This document shows positions 53,701 to 64,000 of a DNA stretch of 64,000 nucleotides, in pieces. The DNA is taken from positions 150,846,001-150,910,000 of the forward strand of contig JBITNC010000001.1 in the NCBI GenBank assembly GCA_050084985.1, written 5' to 3'. The stretch is from Nageia nagi (taxonomy: Eukaryota; Plantae; Pinophyta). Below the pieces are notes generated by a model that was given only the letters and a program-made list of their open reading frames with translations, did not search any database and was not told the origin of the DNA. Position 1 is the first letter of the stretch; each line of letters opens with the position of its first letter. The position numbers were made by a program, and so were the translations under genes.

Positions 53701-56700
53701 AAAATGAAAAAAATCAAATAACATCAGATGTACTTGCAGATATGAATAACACAAGAAAACACTCAACATGAAAATGAACAGAATCAAATATATGCAAGAA
53801 TATTCAGTTTGTACTTACTCTAGTAATAAAAGTATATCTGAGACTTGAATATCAACACAAATAAACAAACTAAGAACTTCTTATAAGAATGGATACTCTT
53901 ACAAAGAAATCCAAAATAGTGAATTGAATGAAACATAAATGTAAATAAATATATTATCATTTAAATTTATTTTGGAAAAGTTATTGGTTACACACAACCT
54001 TCCTAATCCATATATACTATGAACAAATCAAAAAGACAAACGTCCAAGGTGATAAAATTTTAAACTCAAATGAAATATGTAGTATTCAAAGAATATGAGT
54101 TGCAGATTATATAACAAAAAAATTTGAGAGAGTCTAAGCATATTAATAAGATATTAAGAACAGAACAATGCTAAATAGAAATGGGTAGTAGAAACAGTAT
54201 AGCAGAAACATAAGAATGGATAACAGTATACAAGATTTTGAAATGAAATCTATGAAGATATCATGTGATCTGTTACATCAGTACATAAGATTGGATAATC
54301 TGAATACAGGCAGTAGAAACAGTATAAAGAGAGACATAAGATTAGATAACCTCCTTACAGGTAATATGTCCCACATTTGAAAAGCAAAAGTCAAAGACAA
54401 AGCAATGTAAAATATTGAAATAATAATTGAAAGGCATCTTTTACAATATTTTGAAATGAAATCTTCGAGGAGATCATGTGATATGTTCCATCAGTCCATC
54501 TTTTCTCCTTAGATGGAAACCTCTAAGAGGTAATTATTTCTTCCAGCTACACATTTAGAGATTGGAACAGAAAAAGTTCAAAATGCAGACTTCCAAGTTC
54601 ACAGATTGCTCAAAGAATTACAGAAACTTAAGGGAAATGTTCAAAGCCAAATAATCTGGACTATGTTAAGCAGGCCTGTAAATGGATTGATAACAGATAC
54701 TTCTTAACGTGAAAATTTTATGTACTTTGGTTGAAATCTTGGACAAGAATATCAAAATGATATAAATAACCTCAAATGGATTGATAAGAAACACTGCTGA
54801 ATGTGAAAACTTGACGTTTAGACTTTCTGCTAAAATCTCAGACTAGAATATCAAATGATGTAAGGAACATCAAATGGATTTATAGGAAACACTGCTGAAT
54901 TTGAAAACTTGATGTTAATACTTTTTGTTAAAATCACGGACTAGAATATCAAATGATATAAAAACAACTCAAATAGACACTTAAATGACAGGATAACCAA
55001 ATTACTCCTGAAAAGTAAGATTGAACACAAGGAACATGTTTCTTTTTTCCAAAATGAACAGTACAAAAACAATGGAAAAATTAAGGGTTACATGGAGATG
55101 CACCCGCTGACCCCAGTGGACCATCCCTGTCCGCTGAGCATCCCCAGGGAACTTCATCATGTTTTATATTGGACATCAATTTTCGTTGAAATGATTTGGA
55201 TAGGAGATTAATAATGATATATAACTTTTCCTGATTTCATATTTTCAGTTCTTATTGTATATTTTCGCTTGAATGTATGGAAAACTAGATTAACTATATA
55301 TTCCAATTTTCGTGTATTTTTGTTAAATGTCTCCTAAAAATGACCTCTCATATCTTGCCATCCCAGTTATCCATCTTACAAGTCCACAATGCTTGCAAAT
55401 TGTTTTTGGTTGCTAATTCATGAGGGACACTAGAAGATACTATTGTCATGATTTGCCTTTCTACCAAGTATGGGATGATTTCACTTATCTTACATATAAA
55501 TGACTTTCTATGTCAAGTCACAATAGTGAAAGCACTATCATATTGTTCTCCAATCACGTGAAGTCAAGGAAAGCACCTAATTGACATACCCTCAGCCTAG
55601 AGTTAGATTTGGTAGAGAGATATCATTTACAATTGGCAGTATTGGCCAACTTGACTCAGGATGATCCAGCTGCAAGCGAAACACTAGCAGATTCTTGACT
55701 TATTAAAAAAATTTGAGTATGCATATGTTTTAATGGATTGGATGTACTTATTTTCCACTCCCCTGCTTTGCTTAAGCTACTTATGAATTGCATATACTGT
55801 ATACCACAGTGTGACTCCCAAAGACTAGAGATTAGTTTGGTAGTCATACAGTTTGTTATTCGAAAGCTAACACCATAAGAGAATCTGATAATAAAAGATG
55901 AATTTAGTTTTCATGCCAAGAATACAAGCAAAAGAAAAATATTTTTTCATACCAAGTTTACAACTAACCAATGAACATGATAGATGTTCCTTCTTTACTA
56001 TAATGATGAATAGAATTTGCTTAAAGAACAACATATTCCTGCCCCTTGGACCTTATTAAAATATAAATTGTTTTGATAATTTCTTATGTATGTTGCCATG
56101 GAATGCACTGCTGCAGAATAACTGTAGAGTTTCATTTCAGGTTTCAGTTAGTATAACCTTACCTTACATCATGTAAACTCTAAATGATATGTAATATAAG
56201 TCTGCATTCTGGATCCAAACGGAAAATAGTCTGTCTCTCCACAATGATTTCCTTTCATATTGTACGCCATGGACCATCTCACCAACAACTAACAAATGTT
56301 TAATTAAATTTTTCTTTACCATCCCTTATTAAAATATGCATTGCACATGATGTTGTAAAAACAAAAGAACAAATAAACAATTTCTGCTATTAGTAATTTA
56401 GTACATACAAATGTTCTGAATAATTAAAGTAACATACAGTAATCATCTTATCAATTTTATTACCTTTTTTATTTGTGTCAAAATTTCCGGACTAGACGCA
56501 ACCAAAATACAACCCCGTGCCTGCAATACACTTCCCATGCTAATTTCAGTTCATAAGAAAAATAACAACCAACTTGAACATGTCGCAAAAGAAATTATAA
56601 ATTGAATAACACTAATATCAATCAATAGTATGATTTTAATAGAATAATTGGACAATTCCTGAGAAGGAATATGTATCAAACTATAACGCTGCAAAGAGTA

Positions 56701-58519
56701 TAACTTAATTTATGCATTGACAGCTAAAATTTGAAACTAATTACAGTCTATAGCAGTTACTAAACCTGCAAAAATATTTATTGGTGACAGGCCAAACTTC
56801 AAAAAATAAAGAGTATTGTCATTATAGTTTACGCATATGCAGCATGAGCTTCAGATTCTGCCTATACCTGCAAATATATCATATAAGGACTTGGATTCAC
56901 AACTCGTAATGCTCTGTAAACTTCAAATGGATCTGCAAATGTGCGGCGTTCAAAACGTTGGCTTAGTACAATTTGGAAGATGTTCCCTCCAGCAATGTGT
57001 TCTTGAGCCTTCAAAACAGCTTTCTTATATTCCTCTTCTGTCATATTAGACATTTGGTTGGTCGTCCCGAAGAGTCCAGTGTGTAATTTAATTGAACCTG
57101 AAGAAAGTCTTGGACTGCCAGCATAAATGAAATGAATAAAATCAACTAAAGAAATCCCCTTACTAAGGAAGACCATAAATGAACTTGTTAGTCTTCAGTT
57201 GTCAAAGGGATGTTACAAAACATAATTCAACAATCTCACATACGGATCTATGTCTTGCACTCGCGAAACAAGGACATCAAGCCGTCTGTGTCCATCCTGA
57301 AAGGCCTCTTCTGCAGAGGAATATTGGTCTGTCCGTACCCAATGGATAACATATGCTTTCTGATGACCATCAATTGTATGCATACAAATAAATAGCATGA
57401 AATAAGTGTGATTGCAATCTGCTGTACAACAAGCATTTGCAGAAAAGATAACAAAAACATGGCAATCTCTACTGTAATCTGCTATAACGTGAATTTAATC
57501 TTCTGTACCATCAGTGTTGGCTATCTTGTGCCTTACATGATATAGTCTACCCCTTCTTCAAGGAAAAACATATCTGAAAACCAGCTTTCTAATTCTCTGA
57601 CATTTTGTTCCCAAAACTATTGAAACCATCACACTGAAATTTGCAACTAAAAACTTAAAGAACCAACCAAACTAGAAGTCTGGTGTTAAGACTAAACATT
57701 AGCATGAGCAAGATAATTTTAAAAACTTGAAATAATATCCATCTTAGATTGATTTCACCAATATTCAAGAAATAAATAGTTAAAGAAACATAAGACTCAC
57801 AAAGATATAGTACAAAAGCAGCAGCAACCGTAACCTTCAGCAGGCATTGATCAACTAATTAACTCCCAGAACTTAGAATAGCTTCCAAGTTCAAATGCAC
57901 CAAAGACTCCAATCAGTGCATAAAAATTCAAAAATATTAGGATTGCCACTACTAGTCTCTTTTGCCACATTGACATCCTCATTTTCAGGAATATTCAATT
58001 CATAAGCTATCATTTGAAACTAGAAAGGTGTTTGCCACAGTTAATTTATTTTGTTTTGTTGACCTGCACCTTTTTTAATATATCTTTTATTTATCTTTTT
58101 GCATATTTTATAGTACTATAAGCTTATTACTTGTCTTTAATATAGGGTCTTTTCCAAACCATAACAACAACATGACGCTTTATGCGCAGCAATAATACAA
58201 TTCAAGTTTTCAGTCTTCAAATTTAAAAAATATTAGGCTCCCTTACTGCAAAGAGAAAAATTGGTAAAAATTCCATAATATCATATATGTAATAGATTAG
58301 TTATCTAAAGTTGACTTCAGAAAAGAGCCAAAAGCGGAGATCAAGAAATGTAAAGTGTAAACACGTACCTTTTCGACGTGATCAAACACTACAACATCAT
58401 TGTAAAGCCCCAAGTGTATATCAGGTAGACCTCTATCATCAATGGAGCTTTTGAAAATGGCATTTTTCTCTTCTCAACATATCTCACAGTATCATATGAA
58501 AAATATCCAACCCATCCAC
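35422..58519 (-). CDS. ASA: Anthranilate synthase alpha subunit (component I, TrpE-like), 3' eight exons; 5' exons lie beyond the window end; apparent 1-nt frameshift in exon 58369-58519
   Basis: Spliced translation gives plant AS-alpha motifs in order: [123 protein letters not shown]. All seven internal introns are GT-AG and keep phase. Confidence 0.96.
37407..37493 (-). CDS. ASA: AS-alpha exon (VVGEL...GTVSGAPK)
   Basis: ttcag|GTTGTT acceptor, AAG|gtttc donor, 87 nt. Confidence 0.94.
37673..37753 (-). CDS. ASA: AS-alpha exon (IAKPGSV...HISST)
   Basis: catag|ATTGCA acceptor, ACG|gtgag donor, 81 nt. Confidence 0.94.
38010..38922. mobile_element. Probable old MITE / DNA-transposon remnant, intronic
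   Basis: Imperfect inverted ends caaagattccatagg / cttgtggaatcttgg, with ggaac- and gttcc-rich subtermini; no TSD found. Confidence 0.4.
39483..40203. mobile_element. Non-autonomous hAT-type element (MITE-like), intronic
   Basis: Perfect 8-bp TSD ACTATAAC (39475-39482, 40204-40211); imperfect TIR cagtgttcca / tgaaacatag; GC-richer subterminal arms around an AT-rich core. Confidence 0.7.
42017..44330 (+). mobile_element. Solo LTR related to 24386-25445, carrying a LINE fragment
   Basis: TGTAATATTCCC...ACTACA, near-TSD gctac/cctac. Confidence 0.65.
42352..43167 (+). mobile_element. 5'-truncated RTE/RTEX-like LINE fragment
   Basis: Translates to [48 protein letters not shown] (LINE C-terminal zinc-finger region); ends in a (TTTCTA)n tail rather than poly(A). 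Confidence 0.65.
45201..46751 (+). pseudogene. L1 ORF1 (DUF4283-type domain plus CCHC zinc knuckle), one in-frame stop at 45531-45533
   Basis: ORFs 45189-45533 and 45615-46751 are in the same frame; [49 protein letters not shown]. Confidence 0.92.
46748..50458 (+). pseudogene. L1 ORF2 (AP endonuclease, reverse transcriptase, zf-RVT), disrupted at 47140-47168
   Basis: [30 protein letters not shown] (APE); [38 protein letters not shown] (RT); CILC...HLLITC. The start overlaps the ORF1 stop as ATGA. Confidence 0.95.
50716..50895 (+). repeat. Minisatellite in the L1 3' UTR
   Basis: ccagaaagcgtctagc(a/t) x3, ccag(a/g)aagtctagca x2, ccagaaacgagct-like x5. Confidence 0.9.
53387..53539 (-). CDS. 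ASA: AS-alpha exon ([11 protein letters not shown]...GRNDVGK)
   Basis: ggcag|GGGAAA acceptor, AAG|gtaac donor, 153 nt. Confidence 0.95.
54680..54975. repeat. ~96-bp intronic tandem repeat, 3 copies
   Basis: aaatggatt...gaatatcaaatgat units starting ~54680, 54774, 54872. Confidence 0.85.
56464..56520 (-). CDS. ASA: AS-alpha exon ([19 protein letters not shown])
   Basis: ttgcag|GCACGG acceptor, AAG|gta donor; 57 nt, too short for the ORF track. Confidence 0.93.
56868..57114 (-). CDS. ASA: AS-alpha exon (PRLSSG...[10 protein letters not shown])
   Basis: ggcag|TCCAAGA acceptor, CAG|gtatag donor; 247 nt, phase-compatible with the previous exon. Confidence 0.93.
57244..57359 (-). CDS. ASA: AS-alpha exon (KAYVIHWVR...QDID)
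   Basis: cag|AAAGCA acceptor, CC|gtatg donor, 116 nt. Confidence 0.92.
58369..58519 (-). CDS. ASA: AS-alpha exon (GGWVGY...FDHVEK), contains a frameshift
   Basis: attag|GTGGATGG acceptor, AAG|gtacg donor; 151 nt, one nt short of keeping frame between KAP and DDRGLPD. Confidence 0.9.
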
Positions 58520-61500
58520 CTAATTAGAACAACATACAAACACAAGTGTGCATCAATCAAATTGCATTAAATAATAGATGACAACAACAAAACTCAATGC
58601 TCGCTGGATTTATTTCTTAGTGTTGTCATGGAGAATAGAAAGTTTTACAATCTACAATGTGAGAAATTAATGACCACCAATTAAATTTCAATACAAGGTT
58701 TGTAAAACCATAGACAGACATATGAAACCTGAATCCAATTATAGGAAACCTGAAATGACATATCACGCATGGGGTCACCAAAAATCTTTGTACACTGAAA
58801 TTCACTGGTGAACTTGTTTTGCTCAAAAATAATAATCAATCTGCACTGTAATTTCGTTTTTATTATTCTCTAATTGCTGCTGCAATAATCAATCTGCATT
58901 CTAAGTTCTTTTTACTATTATCTAATCACTGCTGCACTTCTTTCATAAGTACAAGAACAACTTCATTCACATAGTTAATATTTGTACATAAACACATGGA
59001 ATTACAATGGTTAGTATTTTGTCGATTTCTATGTTTAATGTGAAAACAATGTGGCTCTCAAAAATTTATAGATCATATGCCCCTCTCATTCCTGTCAGAA
59101 TCAAGAGATCAAGAAGTCTTAAAATTTCCCGGACAATTTGAACATCACTATTTCGAAAATCGCAAACACAGCTAATTCAAATTACAGAATTTCCATTACA
59201 AATTAGTAAATTCTACCTGTAAATTCCAGGAGTGTTTGTCACTATCAAATGCAAATCAGTTGCTACTATATATGCCCATGATGAAATATGAATGCCCAAA
59301 ACATAGATCAACTGAGAGCCCTAGAGTCAATTTGATAAATATATGGGATATACAAGAAACATAGATGACTTCAGATGGTATCTGTCCTTTGGAAAAAACC
59401 ATACAAGTGACTAAGCATAGAATACAGAAGCAGACTTACAGAGTAGACAACAATCACAAATTTCTAACTATAGAATTGGATGATACTATGAATAGCATGT
59501 AATTAACTCACAGCAAATGTGCATAGTGGAAGTTTGAAATGGGACAATAAACTGATGTTACTCAACAATGATGCATGAAATATTGGTCGTCATAGACAAG
59601 ACATAGGAACTCCACATATAATTCAATGCAGAATAATAAATGTGCATCGTTTGTACACTTAAATTAAAAATTTACATTTTAGTTATTTAAAATGAGTTAA
59701 AGCATTTTATTTGATTTATGCAAAAATGTTAATTTTGGGTTTAATTGGGGCTATTTTGAAATAAATTAAATGATGTCTTCTAATTTAGCATTATCTTGTG
59801 TGCATACCGAGCCAAGTACTTAATTACACCTAAACAATTCAAAATTATATGTCTCAAATCCATACAAAGCAAAAGCAAAAACCTCATTTGAGATATGGGA
59901 GTATCTTGAAACCAAGCACTTTTGAATTACAAGAAATAATCACCTTGGTATGTTATAGCACTAATATCTTTTGCAAGACTAATATGTTTCTTACAAGCAT
60001 TTCATTATGTCAAATTCGTAGGAATTGATGCAAAATTTTGCAAGGCAAAAATCAAAATAATGCAGAAAGTTGTGAGATGCATCTACCAGAAGTCACTGTG
60101 CACTAACAATCTACGAGGCCTGCAACATGTACATTCTACGTTCACTCAAATTATGGGTGCCAAGTCCAACCCATTATAGCGCAAGTTCATCTATGTTCAC
60201 TCCGAAGGGCCGAGATTGGTCCTCCAAAGTAAGAAGTCCATCAATGTGCCTTCATTTTAGGACATGCATCCTAGAATGTAAGGTGATTTGGTCCTTGAGC
60301 TATATTGACCCCAAACTAGTCTCGAGAGCCCAAGTCCAACCCAATATAGCACAAATTCACCTTCATTCCACCCAAAACACTAAGATTCATCCTTCAAGCT
60401 CACAAGTTCTTCATCAACTTGCCTTTAATCTGCAATCTTCAAATACTTCTTTGTATCTCCTCTTGTAAATTTTGCATGATCTAAATTTTTAGATCTTATA
60501 CAAAAAGATATTACTTCATTTTTCATTCCTTGAGACAAATAATTTTGTTCTTTATTTTATGTTGACAAATTGGTGAACCCAACTCTTTCTTTTTATTTTG
60601 TATGCTTTAAGGGCATCTTTAGTCAAACTATATTTTTCTTGGTGTTTTTTTTTACCTCATTTACCTTTGGAAGTTTTGAACCTAATGGATCTAAAAGTAG
60701 TGCTTCAAAACACATCGTATATATGTGTATTTGACATTTAAACGTGTTTTTTTCAACTTGTCATTTTCTCACGAATTTTAAAAGTTCTTGCTTTCTATAG
60801 TATTTTTGGCATTTTTTTCCCCGTTTTTCTTGTACTTTTCCCATACTTTTGACAATTTTTAAAATTTGACTCCAACACATATACTTGGTACCCGTTTTTT
60901 CAAACATGTAAAACCACTATCAAACCTAAGAGAAGTGCAAGAATAGCCCAAAAAGGACAACCTAATATACAAATTCCAATCAATAGTGATGGAGATTATG
61001 ACCTACAAGATGCTACAAATAAGAATATCTTCACTTCAAATATGCGTCTTTACCATAGTTTAGACACAAACTATGCCATATTGTTCATTTTTCTCTAAAA
61101 AATGTGCCCATCCAAATTTTCCCCTATCCTTTTCAGCCATCGAGACACGGACAAGTCTCCAACCACATCACGAAAGTTCTAATCATTATGTATTATTCAA
61201 AAGCTATTTTCTTTTACCAAATAATTTATTATGGAGAGGCTTCATCAAGCTCTATATCCTCTACATTTCGGGCCATGTGGTCTTAAGTTCTCTCCCTCAA
61301 ACGCATCCCCAAAAGGGGAAAATTGTAGATTGAAGCTATTTGAAATAGCTTGAGCAATATCTTCTAATTTAGCATTATCTTGTGTGCACACCAACCCATG
61401 TGATTACATCTAGATGAATTTGAAATTTAACAAGGTTACACAAGTATTGGGGACGAGGGAACAACAAAATGCATTGTGGGGACTCATCATATTCTTCCAA

Positions 61501-62108
61501 GCTTTTCCTCACATCCAATTAGCAAGTAAGGTGAACATCCAAATCACGTAAAAAGCCACGAGATGTATATGCCAAAGCTCATTGCACACTAGAAGTTTGT
61601 GAAGCCCCAAATGTGGGCATTCTAGACCATACATCCCATAACATGGGCATTTTCGAACCTCCATCCCAAGACACAGAGTGATTTGGTCCCTCAACCAAAT
61701 TGACCCCAAACCAGTCTTGAATGCTAAGTCTAGTCGAATATAGCACAAGTTCATCATTCATTTACTTCAGAAAACTAAGACTTGTCCTCCAGGATCATAA
61801 GCTGTCAATCAGACTATCTTCTATTTGCCACCTCAAAATAAGTTTTCTTTGTATCTCCTCTTGTAAATTTTACACAATCCTAATTGCTAGATCCTATGCT
61901 ACATACAGCTATTAATATATTTTCAATTCCATAGACATAAATGCACTTACACATTTCAATATAGTGTTCTTTATTTTGTATCTATATCCTATATGAAAGC
62001 AATTGTTGCAAACGTTTGTATCCAAATTTTCCATTGCAAATATCTGCAAGTGAGTGCAATTCAAATTCATAATGCACTTCACTACAAGTCAACTAGTGAT
62101 TTACTTGT

Positions 62109-62729
62109 TGTAGACCAATAATACGTGAGTGATAAAACAAAGCACTATTTGTCTACAATGTACTATTGAAGCATATATCAAAAATATGGCATCAAACAAG
62201 TATGATAATCAATGTACCTTCATCGCATTTGCATCAACATGAAATGATAAAGACCATACATCAATCGTCGTAGTACAAACGCCCGTTGCCAATGGCCTAG
62301 GAGCACGCCGCTAGCTGCGTGAAAGAAGCAGATCTACAAACAAATGTAAAGATGCAAACAAGCGATACAAAGGGTTTAACGAATCTATACAAAGGTAGTT
62401 ACAAAACACCGTTGTTGGTCGGATAGAATGATATTGCATGTTTTGGTTTTTCTCTCTTGATATCTACCAATATCATTTATGTTGCCTTTGATATTCTTTT
62501 ATAGCAACATCTTGATCCTCTTTGATTTTTGGGATCATTGCATATTACATTGTTTATGGTGTCTTTCTTGATATTCAACACTCTTTACATCATATAGCGG
62601 TCCATTACATTGATTACATTGCCTTGGAGTATATTTTAACTCTTTAAAATAAATATTCCTTAATGCTTTAAAATGAATTATTTAATAAGTAATAATTCAT
62701 TTTTAGGCATCTACATTTTGCCCCTCTTT
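62109..62729 (-). mobile_element. 3' LTR (62715->62109) with PPT of a Tat/Ogre-like element, intronic
   Basis: Minus strand AAAGAGGGGCAAAA followed by TGTAGATG...GGTCTACA (6-bp inverted termini); same PPT as at 7321. Confidence 0.6.
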
Positions 62730-63269
62730 GGAGATGTGATTGAAGAAATGAGATTACATATCCAAATAAGAAGTATAGAAGAAATTTTTGAGACCTTTGA
62801 ACTCTTTATCCAGCACTGCCGTGTGATGATGAGAGTCCTTTGCTGCTCCCTTTTGACTTGGTTGCCCCAAGAAAGCTCCTTGAGTGGTGCAGCCAAGACA
62901 AAACTTGGAGAACTATATTTGTTGTCCCTTACGAAATTTTTGCCACGGAATGAACTCTGCTACAAAATAGTCTTATGGTCGCACATCCAATCTTTGAAAT
63001 AGAAGAGTCTTTTGTCCCTTTACACTGTTCAACCATGAATTTGGCCGTTCCTTCGTCTCTAAAATTTAGGAATCTAATGCTCTTACATCCATGCCCTGAT
63101 ACAAAAAAGTTTTCTTTTGTTTTAACTTTTGGTTCATTGACGTTCATATCATTGGCTACGTGAAAATAGTGTTTTTAACGCCATTGACGGAGTACATTCT
63201 ACATTATTTTCTTTCTTTCTTTTGATGTAGATACCTACAAAAAGCGATAGATATAACCTACATGAAAAT

Positions 63270-63625
63270 GTTTTGGATACACAATGAGTTGTGTCATCCA
63301 TTTATGATGAGTCAATGTCAGCAATCTATTTACGGCTCCATTGTCAGTTTATCTTTTAAGTGAGTGAACTCTCACTAGCCACATCAATGGCTATCGGTGG
63401 TCATATGTTTTATGTCTATGAACTTGAGACATTATGCTTTGTAAAGTTCAAAGCAAAAACCATGTGGATACACAACAAATTGTATCGTCCATTGAGGACG
63501 AGTCAATGTTCACATTTTGCTTACGACTGCATCGTTGGTTTATCTTTTAAGTGAGTGAACTCTCACTAGCCATATCGATGGCCATCGGCGACCTAGTGTA
63601 TATATGTCCATGGCCCAGAGACATT
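63270..63625. repeat. 191-bp tandem duplication, probably within an LTR starting near 63226
   Basis: tttatcttttaagtgagtgaactctcactagcca at ~63348 and ~63539. Confidence 0.75.
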
Positions 63626-64000
63626 ATACTGTCATCATTTTTTTATGCAATTGGCAACGTGCAGACAGTAATGCACGACGTTAGTTGCATGGAAACAATG
63701 AAAGAAATTATAGAAATGAAAACAAACAATAAAATACATGTACCTTGCATGAAATATTTGTTGTTTTGCAAGGTACAGAGCCATTGTCTCATGCAAAGAA
63801 GCGTTTAAGGTGCATGGCATTGAAGGTTTTTGGTTCTTCGTTGCCATCCATGGTTGATAACTTGTAAGCTCCTGATCATGTTGCTTAAACGACAACAAAT
63901 GCACCCAGCCAATTTGGTTCAAATTTCCCTTTTACTTCATCCTTTGCAGTTGTCTTGTTAATGTTTTCCTTTAGTACCAAGTCTCCCACTTTGAATTACT

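Noticed and set aside
61455-61500. Possible next upstream AS-alpha exon (DE.P..AFC-like bases on minus)
   Set aside because: Frame is inconsistent, there is no donor site at the expected phase, and no flanking similarity; the 5' exons are taken to lie outside the window.

Overview
Eukaryotic, AT-rich, repeat-saturated plant DNA. The giant TE-filled introns and the retroelement types suggest a gymnosperm, but that is inference. The only host gene is the 3' part (8 exons, about 405 codons, minus strand, 58519->35422) of an anthranilate synthase alpha subunit. All its splice sites are clean GT-AG, but the first visible exon has a 1-nt deletion (~58441). Its 15.6-kb intron (37754-53386) holds a full-length antisense L1 LINE with an 18-bp TSD, a hAT-type MITE, nested solo LTRs, an RTE/RTEX-like LINE tail and an old gag/protease remnant. 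Positions 1-33 kb are nested, mostly non-autonomous LTR retroelements. The most unusual object is a young 4.1-kb gag-only LTR element (9684-13788; 1492-bp LTRs, GGAAC TSD). It has two tandem tRNA-Arg-type primer sites after the 5' LTR, a third oppositely oriented tRNA-Arg-like site where the polypurine tract should be, and a capsid-only Gag whose stop codon merges into an 18-nt A run. No rRNA, intact tRNA gene or CRISPR array was found. All coordinates and comparisons were done by eye.
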